From positions 34,470 to 98,469 of the IMG/VR virus record IMGVR_UViG_3300046463_000520: a DNA stretch of 64,000 bases; one strand, 5' to 3'. A model generated the notes under the pieces. That model was not told the origin of the DNA. It did not search any database and saw nothing but the letters and a program-made list of their open reading frames with translations. Within the stretch, counting starts at the first letter, position 1, and each line of letters opens with the position of its first letter. The stretch is from a virus. The translations under genes and the position numbers were made by a program. Of the stretch, positions 6,821 through 16,000 are shown in pieces.

Positions 6821-9538
6821 ATGGACTACTTCGCCTCCCTCTTTCGCGCCGCGCACGCGGGCGCTTACGGCATGAACGCGCTGCCGGAACCGACGCGCGC
6901 GCAGAAAGACGCGGGCGACTACGCGAAGGGCCGCATTGACTGGCGCGGCCTGACCATCGCCATCGAGAACCCGCGCGGCTCGCTGCGCCGCTGGCACGCC
7001 GACGACGGCACGAGCGGCGAGAACCTTCAATTGGCGCACTACGGCTATTTCGAAGGCATCGACGGCGCGGACGGCGACGAAATGGATTGCTACGTCGGAC
7101 CCTACCCGGAAGGCGACCGGGTTTTCGTCGTGAATCAGTTCGTGCGCGGCGCGTTTGACGAACACAAGGTCATGGTCGGATTCGTGGACGAGCGCACCGC
7201 GCGCGCCGCGTATCTCTCGAACTTCAAACCGGGCTGGCCCGGCCTGCAAAGCATCGTGGCCTGCACTGCCGGGCAATTTATCGAATGGGCGCGCAACGGC
7301 GATCACACTGCGCCGCTCACGCCGGAACAACTCTCCAACGGGAAAGACATGGAAAAGGTACTTTGGGATAGCGCGGAACTGCCGCAACCGCGCGGCGCGA
7401 GCCTCGCGCAAGTGCTGTATGCGATTCGCGCGCACGACGGCGCGGACGGGCTGTGTTTCGACCCGCTGACCGCCGCCGACATTCTCGAAGACTCCGACGG
7501 CGTTTTGGCGATGGACGCGCTTGTCACGGTCTATCGCAAGCTCGAATTTCAAATGAACGTGCTGCGCAAGCTGCTCGACCGTGTGGGCGGCGCGCTCACC
7601 GTGTCGGCGCTTCAGATTACCGACCCGTTCAAGCGGTCCGGCACGACGAACGTCGCGGCGATTTTCGAATTGAGCGACGGTCAAACCGTGTCGATTTTCT
7701 TCCACAATCCCGACGTCACGCCGCAGAAAATCATGCCGGGCGACGAACTCGTGTCGTGGAAATGGGTGCTCAACAAGAAAGACATTACGCTCGTCGTCGC
7801 ACCGGAACGCGGTCGCGATCTGAACGTGCGCAATGTCGCCGCGCGCGTCATGCAACTGGCATCGAAGAATTCCGCCCGTTTCCAGACGGCGAACGGCAAG
7901 CGCGCCGCAACGATGGAAGCGATTGCCTCGCTGAAGACCGAATTCGAGACGAAGACCGAAACACTCAATGGCCTTCTGACCGAAATCACGGAACTGGAAG
8001 CGAAGGTCGCGGCCCTGCCGCCGAAGGTCGAGCCGGTCATCGAGCCTGTCATCGACCCCGCGCCTGTCGAGCCGGTTGAGCCGGTCGTGGAACCCGTTGT
8101 CGAGCCGGTCATCGAGCCGCTTCCGACCGCCGAAGACCCGGATACCTTCGACCCGACCACGGCGGACAACTACGCCAAAATCGCGGGCGACATGGCGAAG
8201 CTGGAGTTTTATCAGGACACGCTCGACGCGATGTTCCAAAGCCGCGTCATCGACATTCGCAACGCCCTGCGCGAACTCGGATGGGAAGGCGAGAAGTATC
8301 AAGCGCTGTCGAAAAACGGCTACACGGCCTTCTTCAAGTTCGAGCGTGTCGGCGCGGGCGCGAACGTCATCGGCCTCGCCATCGGTCTGGAAGGCTTGCG
8401 CATGACCCCGATTCAAGACGACCTGACGCGCACGCCGCTCGAACTCGCTGCCGCCGTCGATGCGCTCGCGCCCGCGCCGGTCGTGGAACCTGTTGTCGAG
8501 CCGGTCATCGAGCCGGTTGCGCCGCACAAGTCAACGCTGATTCTCGCCGCGCTCGTCGCTCAATTCGGCTGGCGCGAAACGGAAAGCCCGCTGTTTCTGC
8601 AAAAGGACGTCGGCGGCGGCGAGCAAGGCGAAACGAACCCGGAAGGCGCGCGGATTGTGAATGCGCGCTTTGATGACACGTCGCGCTACATCGAACTGCA
8701 ATCGGGCTTTGCAACCGTGTTCGATATGGACACGCGCGACGGCGGCGATGCGCAAGCTGTTGCGGCGACGTTCAATGCGCGCGTCGCGGCATGGGCCGAT
8801 AGCACGGCCATTGCGCCGACGCCGATCCCGGAACCGACCCCGGAACCGGTCGCGCCGCAAGTGCCGGACAACGTTCGCAAGCGCGTACAGATTGCGCTCG
8901 ATACGCTGAAGGACATTCGCGAGTCGCTCGACAACGCCGTGACGCTCGAAGCGAAGGTCGGCGAGTCGGGCCGCTATCAGGCGGATACGCTCAACAATCG
9001 CCGGGCGGAAATCGACCGCTCGCAGGCGACGCTGGCGACGTTCCGCGAGACGGCGGCAAAGCTCGGCATCGACGCCGATGCGTTCATTGCATCGCTTGGC
9101 GGTGAGCCGGACCTGACGCCTAGCGCGCAAGCCGCCGACTGGCTTGCGGGCGAAGCTGAACGCACGCGCATCGCCGCCGAAGCGGAAGCCGCACGCCTCG
9201 AAGCGGAACGTGTCGCCGCCGAACAAGCCGCGAACGAAGCCGCCGCGCGCATCGCCGAAGCGGAAGAAGCCGCCCGCCGCGAAGCCGAAGAAAAGACCGC
9301 GCGCGAAGCTGCCGAAGCGGAAGCTGCCGCCGCTGCGTCGCGCGTCGCCGACGAACTCGCCTTCGTTGCGCGCGCCGCTGCCGGGCAGGAAGACTTTATG
9401 GTTAAGGACGTGACCGACCGCCTCGCAGAAATCGCGAAGACCGCTGAAGCCGGTACGGAACTCGCTGGCCTGCTCGCGCAAGCGAAGACCGCCGCGAAGA
9501 ACGCATTCATTGCGGCATTCAAGGCGAAGGTGGGCTAA
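6821..9538 (+). CDS. darA: DarA-like head/anti-restriction protein with N-terminal inorganic-pyrophosphatase-like domain
   Basis: IENPRGS..HYGY..G.DGD..DCYVG..FDEHK (polyvalent-protein InPase domain); FELSDGQTVSIFFHNPD..SWKW.LNKKDIT (DarA N domain); QDTLDAMFQSRV..RNALRELGW (DarA C domain). Confidence 0.8.
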   Translation: MDYFASLFRAAHAGAYGMNALPEPTRAQKDAGDYAKGRIDWRGLTIAIENPRGSLRRWHADDGTSGENLQLAHYGYFEGIDGADGDEMDCYVGPYPEGDRVFVVNQFVRGAFDEHKVMVGFVDERTARAAYLSNFKPGWPGLQSIVACTAGQFIEWARNGDHTAPLTPEQLSNGKDMEKVLWDSAELPQPRGASLAQVLYAIRAHDGADGLCFDPLTAADILEDSDGVLAMDALVTVYRKLEFQMNVLRKLLDRVGGALTVSALQITDPFKRSGTTNVAAIFELSDGQTVSIFFHNPDVTPQKIMPGDELVSWKWVLNKKDITLVVAPERGRDLNVRNVAARVMQLASKNSARFQTANGKRAATMEAIASLKTEFETKTETLNGLLTEITELEAKVAALPPKVEPVIEPVIDPAPVEPVEPVVEPVVEPVIEPLPTAEDPDTFDPTTADNYAKIAGDMAKLEFYQDTLDAMFQSRVIDIRNALRELGWEGEKYQALSKNGYTAFFKFERVGAGANVIGLAIGLEGLRMTPIQDDLTRTPLELAAAVDALAPAPVVEPVVEPVIEPVAPHKSTLILAALVAQFGWRETESPLFLQKDVGGGEQGETNPEGARIVNARFDDTSRYIELQSGFATVFDMDTRDGGDAQAVAATFNARVAAWADSTAIAPTPIPEPTPEPVAPQVPDNVRKRVQIALDTLKDIRESLDNAVTLEAKVGESGRYQADTLNNRRAEIDRSQATLATFRETAAKLGIDADAFIASLGGEPDLTPSAQAADWLAGEAERTRIAAEAEAARLEAERVAAEQAANEAAARIAEAEEAARREAEEKTAREAAEAEAAAAASRVADELAFVARAAAGQEDFMVKDVTDRLAEIAKTAEAGTELAGLLAQAKTAAKNAFIAAFKAKVG
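8081..8515 (+). repeat. Two 39-bp direct repeats (8081-8119, 8477-8515) encoding PVVEPVVEPVIEP linkers
   Basis: CCGGTCGTGGAACCYGTTGTCGAGCCGGTCATCGAGCCG, one mismatch between copies. Confidence 0.85.
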
Positions 9539-11418
9539 TGCAACTCGCCGACGATGTATTTGCGATCATCGGCGAAGGCGCGGCGCTTCTGGCCGCGCTG
9601 GACGAAAACTCCGAATCGTTCTTCGATAGCCTCACGCGCCTGCGTGAAATCCTCGCGATGCTTGGCGAAAGTGCGCCCGCCGCCGCGCCCGCTGCGCCCG
9701 CGCTGACCTTCTCGCTCGCGGACAAGGCCGGTTCCGCGAAGTCGCTCGCCGCCTACTTCGATGCCGGGTTCGATATGCCCGAAATCGAACAGGTATATGA
9801 GGCACAAACGGTCGCGGACTTGGCGCGACTCGCGGACGACGAAGCCCTGCGCATCAAGGCGCGCAATTGGGATGAAATCTCGCGCTCGAAGTACCGCGCC
9901 AACGACGACGGGACGAAGCAAGCCGCCTATGAACACCTGAAGGCGCGCGGCATTTCCGGCAAGCTCGATATCCCGGTCATGCGCTCGAAGGTGAGCGACG
10001 GCGAAAAGATTCTCGCCGAAAGCATCGCGCAGAACCCGGAATACCTCGCGGTCAAAGCGCAGATTCAGAAGGAATACGACGAGCGCGGCACGCGCCTGCG
10101 CGAACTCCTTCACATTGCTGACGGCAGGACTGGCGCGAGCGAAGCCGAAATGCAAGCCGCCGCCGCCGAATATCACGCGCTTCAGAAGGACGGTCTGGTT
10201 GACCGCATGAACAAGCTGAACACGGATACGTGGAACAAGGTCATCGCCGACCGCGCCGAACGCCACGCCGCCCTGTTCCGCGCCGACGGCGAACAGATTG
10301 TCTCGACGCTGCTCGATTCATCGAGCGTGAGCAACGAAAGCGCGCTCGCGTGGGCGAAATCGCAGGTCGTGGACGATGACGCCAAGGCGAAGCTCAAGCG
10401 GCAGAAATACCCGCTCGACAAGTTCTATCAGGACATGGCGGACTTCTACCGGCTGACGGGCGGCAAGGCTTCGGCAATCCGCTTTATGGCGGGCGGCAAG
10501 CGCGCGAACGCGGGCGGCATCGAAACCGTGACCGGCGAGAAGTACATCAATCTCGACACGAGTTTCACGAAAGAAACGCTGTGGCATGAACTTGCGCACC
10601 ATCTGGAAAACGACCCGCTCGCGAAAGCGGCGGCGAACGGGTTCCTGCTCAAGCGGCGCGAAAGCGACAAGGCGTATTCGCTGCGTTCGCTCACCGGCAG
10701 CAAGTTCTACGGTCCGACGGAAATCGCGTGGAAGGACTCTTTCACGAACCCTTACGTCGGGCGCATCTATCGGGACGGCGCGACCGAAGTCTTCTCGATG
10801 GGCCTGCAATACCTGTCGGACCCGGCGAAGGCCGCATGGTTTGCCGGGAAAGACCCGGAAATGTTCGACCTTGTAACGGGCTATGTCGGCAATCCGCTGT
10901 CGCCCGCCATGCGCGCGAAGCTCACCATGCACTCAGGCGTCGTTGACGAGAAGGTGGGCGCGCAGCAAGCCGCCGCGAACGAGTACCCGACCGCGCTCGC
11001 TTGGTTCGCGAACCGCGCCGAACTCACCGCCGACGACTGGTTCGATACGCTCGACCGCGAAAGCGAGCTATACGACAAGCTGCGGCGGCTTTTCTCCTAT
11101 GAAGCAAAGGGGCAGACGCTTACCTATGTCGGCGCGGCAAATCCGTACCGCGTCTTCACCGGCACGATGGCAAAGACCGGCAGCAAGCGACTCGTCAAAA
11201 ATGGCTATCTGATTGTCGATATCACGGACGACAGGCGCTTCTACAACCTGACGCACGCGCAAACGCACGCGGGACTTGAAACGGCCCGCGCCATCGTCGG
11301 ACTCGCGCGCCTGACGAGCGAGACGCCATCGAAGGTCATCGCGCACTTCTTCACCGACTCGCGCAGTCAGACCGCAGAACAGAAAGTCGTTAGCTACTGG
11401 AAGGCACTCAACGAATGA
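9538..11418 (+). CDS. Virion internal protein with zincin metallopeptidase motif (DdrB-like)
   Basis: TLWHELAHHLE plus downstream TEVFSMG; located in the darA operon. Confidence 0.6.
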   Translation: MQLADDVFAIIGEGAALLAALDENSESFFDSLTRLREILAMLGESAPAAAPAAPALTFSLADKAGSAKSLAAYFDAGFDMPEIEQVYEAQTVADLARLADDEALRIKARNWDEISRSKYRANDDGTKQAAYEHLKARGISGKLDIPVMRSKVSDGEKILAESIAQNPEYLAVKAQIQKEYDERGTRLRELLHIADGRTGASEAEMQAAAAEYHALQKDGLVDRMNKLNTDTWNKVIADRAERHAALFRADGEQIVSTLLDSSSVSNESALAWAKSQVVDDDAKAKLKRQKYPLDKFYQDMADFYRLTGGKASAIRFMAGGKRANAGGIETVTGEKYINLDTSFTKETLWHELAHHLENDPLAKAAANGFLLKRRESDKAYSLRSLTGSKFYGPTEIAWKDSFTNPYVGRIYRDGATEVFSMGLQYLSDPAKAAWFAGKDPEMFDLVTGYVGNPLSPAMRAKLTMHSGVVDEKVGAQQAAANEYPTALAWFANRAELTADDWFDTLDRESELYDKLRRLFSYEAKGQTLTYVGAANPYRVFTGTMAKTGSKRLVKNGYLIVDITDDRRFYNLTHAQTHAGLETARAIVGLARLTSETPSKVIAHFFTDSRSQTAEQKVVSYWKALNE

Positions 11419-12938
11419 TTGCAACGACCTACACCATCGGCACGCCTGCGGGCGTGTTTCAAGCCAATTGGGACGACGACGAAGATATCGCCGTCACCTA
11501 TACCGGCGACGAAGCCGCCATCCGGTTTTTCCGGGCGTATCTCGACCTTGCCGCGCCGACCGCGCGCGGCGGCGCGCTCGTTCGTTTCGATGCGCTCGAA
11601 CCGGAAGACTTGGGATTCATCGCAGTGGAAAACGCGCCCGTCTTCGTGGTCGATCCGCTGGAACAATTGGAACCCGACGAAGACCCCGAAGACACTGAGG
11701 AACCCATGTCGCTACTGCTCGATTCCGCCGACGCCGACACGTTCGCCCTGATTGGCGAAGGTGCTCAACTGCTCGCGGGCCTGAATGAAGACGCCGAATC
11801 GTTCTTCGATGACCTGTCGCGCCTGCGCGAAATCATCGCGGCGCTTGGCGCGGACGCCGCGCCGGTCGCGCCCGCCGTGGACGTCGGCGGCAAGGTGTTC
11901 GCCAACGAGCCGCAGCATTACGCCGACAACGAAATGGGCACGCGCCGCTATCGCGTCATGGGCGGCAAGCTCACGCCGAACACGCCCGCCGCGCGCCGCT
12001 ATCTCGAATATCCGGTCGTCGGCTCGAACGCTGACTATGTGGCGCAGAATGCCCGGCTCGAACGCAAGGGCGACACGTTCCAACTCACTTACGACCTAGA
12101 CAGGCCGTTCCCGACGACCGTCGAAGTCGAAGGCGACCCGACGCCCGAATCGCTCGACTATCAAGCTGGTTTCAATGCGGGCATGTCCGCAGCAAAGCCG
12201 AAGCTCACGGACGCGCTGATTCGAAAGAACACGGACCAATGGGTCGAAGGCTACCGCGCCGCCGTGCGCGACCTGAGCGAATTCCCCGAAATGGCCGCGC
12301 GCGACCGCGAAGAAATCCTGTCGTATCTCGCATCGCTCGCGCATGTCATCGAGCCGGAACCCGTCATCGAACCCGCGCCGGTCGAGCCTGTCATTGAACC
12401 CGCGCCGCCCGCCCCTACCCCGGAACCTACCCCTGTGAAAGTGGCCTTCGCTGAATACCTGTTGCCGTCGCAACGGACCATCAAGACCCTGCGCGAAATC
12501 GACATTTACCGCGTGCTCGTCGCCGCGCCCGAAGAACACCGCGCCGCCTTCGCGCAGTGGATCATCGAAGCCCGCCCCGACTTGGCGGACGAAGTGCAGC
12601 ATGTCATGCGCGCGGAATGGCCCGACGACGCGCCGGGCGACCCCGCCCTGCCGACGGAAGACCGCACCGCGACCGTCACTGACCCGCTGCCGGAAGACGG
12701 CGCAGCGGTCCCGCCTGCGCTTGGCGAAGTGACCGAATCGACGCCGGAACGCGACGCGGATATGGCTTTCCTGCGCGCGGTGACGGCGGGCGAAATCGAC
12801 ATGTGGGAGAACGACCCCGCCGACCGCATCGAAGCGATTGTCGGCGCGTATGAGACGGACGAAGCGGTGCTCGCGCTCTCGCGCGAAGCCATCGACGCCT
12901 ATACGAATTTCATGTCGAAAGCGCTGCAAAACGCCTAA
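11415..12938 (+). CDS. Putative virion internal protein; possible internal start at 11706
   Basis: Shares an N-terminal-type helix with the 9538 product and a C-terminal domain with DarA; GAGGA RBS before ATG 11706. Confidence 0.65.
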   Translation: MIATTYTIGTPAGVFQANWDDDEDIAVTYTGDEAAIRFFRAYLDLAAPTARGGALVRFDALEPEDLGFIAVENAPVFVVDPLEQLEPDEDPEDTEEPMSLLLDSADADTFALIGEGAQLLAGLNEDAESFFDDLSRLREIIAALGADAAPVAPAVDVGGKVFANEPQHYADNEMGTRRYRVMGGKLTPNTPAARRYLEYPVVGSNADYVAQNARLERKGDTFQLTYDLDRPFPTTVEVEGDPTPESLDYQAGFNAGMSAAKPKLTDALIRKNTDQWVEGYRAAVRDLSEFPEMAARDREEILSYLASLAHVIEPEPVIEPAPVEPVIEPAPPAPTPEPTPVKVAFAEYLLPSQRTIKTLREIDIYRVLVAAPEEHRAAFAQWIIEARPDLADEVQHVMRAEWPDDAPGDPALPTEDRTATVTDPLPEDGAAVPPALGEVTESTPERDADMAFLRAVTAGEIDMWENDPADRIEAIVGAYETDEAVLALSREAIDAYTNFMSKALQNA

Positions 12939-12967
12939 GCGGACGGGGCAAAAGGCCCCGCCAAGCA

Positions 12968-13010
12968 TAGGAAAACGCCGGGCGGATTGAGCAAAACCGC
13001 ACTCGACAAT
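12968..13010 (+). promoter_or_regulatory. Late promoter L2 (darB)
   Basis: TAGGAAAACG-N27-GACAAT. Confidence 0.8.
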
Positions 13011-13043
13011 CAGAGTGCGGCTAACTCAACCTCCCGGCGATAA

Positions 13044-16000
13044 ATGACCACTCTTATTCTCGATGACGCCTCCAATGGAATGGCGTCAGACCTTGCGCGG
13101 CTGAAGCTCGCACGCGAAGGCAAGACGCTCCTTCAAGAGCGCGAATCCCTCACCGCGAGCGCGGCGGACACGATCCGCAAGCTGAAAATCGGCAAGCGCA
13201 TTCGCGAGATTGTCGAAGCCTTGGGCCTGCGCCCTGCCGCGAAGAAGCCGGACGCCGCGCCTGTCGCGGTGCGCACGGAACCGACCGGCGAGTTTTACCC
13301 CGACGAGGGTAAGCGCACGACCGGACAACGCCAGAAGGCGAACGACGCCGCTATCGCGCTCATGCGCGAGATTCAGGCATCGGGCCGCGCCGTGACCGAC
13401 GAAGACCGCGCGATCCTCGCGAAGTATTCCGGCAACGGCGGCGGGCTTGTGGGCGCGGACGGCAAGACCGGAAGCCCGCACGAATACTACACGCCGAAGG
13501 AAGTCGCGGGCGCGATGTGGAACCTGCTGGCCGAACTCGGCTTCAATGGCGGCTCCGTGCTCGATCCGTCGTCGGGCACCGGTATTTTCACTTCGATGCG
13601 CCCGAAATCGGCAGTCATGTCGCAAGTGGAACTCGATCAGACGTCGGGCACCATCAACGGACTCGTCAACAACGGCCCGACGGTCACGACCGCCGTATCG
13701 CCCTTCGAAGCGTTCGCCAACGACACGCCCGACGAGATTTATGACGCGGTTATCACCAACGTTCCGTTCGGCGACCGCACCAAGCGCGGCGGCAATGAAA
13801 AGCTCGACTCGCGCTTTCAGGATGAATCGCTCGAAGGCTACTTCGTGCAGCGCGCGCTTCAGAAGGTCAAGCCGAACGGCTTGGCGGCGTTCATCGTGCC
13901 GAAGGCGGTCGTGTCCGGCTTGGGTTCCCGCGACGTCAAGCTGCGCACGAACTGTTCGCTCATGGCCGAATTCGTCGGCGCGTACCGCCTGCCGAATTCC
14001 ATCTTTACGACCGCCGCCGCCGACGTGACGACGGACCTGATTGTGTTCCGCAAGTTCTCGCGCGAGACGCGCCGCAAGGTCGAAGAACTCGAAGCGCAAA
14101 GCCCGGCCACGCTGAAGGACGCCAACATTCTGTGGGAGCCGTTCGTGTCCGGCGCGTTCTTCAAGACCGTGGGCCGCAAGTACATTCTCGGCGAAGAAGG
14201 CACGACCAAGGGCAAATACGGCGAAGTCGCCGCCGTCATCAATACCGATTCGATCAGCAACATCGTCAAGCTGATTAAGCGCTTCCCTGACTCCCATATC
14301 AATTGGGAACTGCTCGACATGGTTCCGACCGCGCCGATCACGTACACGGACGGCGACACGATCAATAAGGACGGCGCGACGCTCGAAATGCGCGACGGCG
14401 AATGGGTCGTGCTCGACTCCGCGCAGGCCGCAAGCAAGACGGTGCTCGACTTGGCAGACAAGCTCTCGCGCCCGCTCGCGGCGGTCAATTCGCGCGTCAC
14501 GTTCGCGCAGGCAGGCGAATACGTCGATGCGATGCAGAACGCCGGGCGCTTTTGGGACGTCGGCGCATGGCTGACGGGCACGGTTAAGACCGTGGCGACG
14601 CTCGCAGAGTCGGAGCGTGAAACGTGGTGGCAAGCGATCACCGCAGGCATGGCCGTGCAGGAATTGCTGTCGGAAGCCGATTCCGTCGAGCCGCAGAACT
14701 ACGTCACCGCATACCCGGAACTGGCCGCGCAACTCGCGAAGGTCGAGCGCTACGCCACGCGCACCGTCGGCAAGGCCGCAAAGCTCGTGAAGGACGGCCT
14801 GCTGTCGATTCAGAACGCACGGCGCAAGGGCGAATTCACCGCGCTCTGGAAGGGCGAAATCCTCGCCAACGTGCAGGACCGGATTCTGTCGCCGACGCAG
14901 ATTTATGAGAAGGCGCGCTATGAGAACGAAGACGAAACCGGCTTCGTGTCTGTCTCGAAGCTGCGCGAAGCCATGTCGGACTTCGACCCGCTCGAAGACG
15001 ACGACTGGTGTATGGGCGCGGACGGCGAAACCGTCATGCACGCGAACGACTATTACACCGGCTCGTATGGCCGCTTCCTGAAGCAAGCGGAAGCCGACCT
15101 TGCCGCCGCGACGGACCCGCGCGTGCGCGCGAAAATCGCCCGGCAAATGGACCGTGCGAAGGAACGTATCAGCGTGGTGGACGTCGCCGACATGACGTTC
15201 AATCTGTTCACGCCGCACGTCACGATGGCGCAAAAGCTCGAATTCCTGAAGACCTATGTGTCGGTTGATATTTTCATCAACGACAAGGGCGAATTCGATA
15301 TCAAGCAGTCGAATCCGGGTAAGTACGCCAGTGCCGAAGAAATGGCCGCGTACAAAGCCATGCAGCGCTTCGTGAAGTCGTATCTGAAGAACCAGACGAT
15401 TACGACGATGACGAAGCAAGCGGACGCCGAAGCGAACCCCGCTGCGGAAGCCGCTTTGATGCGCCGGATTAAGGACATTACGGACCGCGCGAAGGCACAG
15501 TTCGATTCGTGGGCGCGCGCCAACGACGAGATTCAGGCGTCGCTGCATCAAAAGCTGAACGACCCGGAAAACCTGAAGTTCATCGAAGTGCCGGACGGCA
15601 CGCCCTTGGACATTCCGAATCTGAACGTCGAAGACTTCGAGCCGCACGCCTACCAGTACGCCGCCTGCCGCCGCTACGCCCGTCATTTCGGCGGCGTGCT
15701 CGGCTTCGATGTGGGCCTCGGCAAGACGTTGACGGCGCTCGCCGCGACGCAGTACGCGCAGTCTATCGGCGTGAAGAAGAAGACCATTTTCGTGGTCCCG
15801 AATGCCACGCTCACGAACTGGCAGAAGGAAGCGGGCAAGGCGTATCTGAACACGGACGACTGTCTGTTCGTCGGCGTCATCACGGACAAAAAGGGCAAAA
15901 AGAAGGTCGATAACAACCAAGTCAAAATCGACTTGAACACGATCCGCGAAAACCGTCATGCGAAGATTTTCATGACGATTGAAGCATTCAAGCAGATTCC

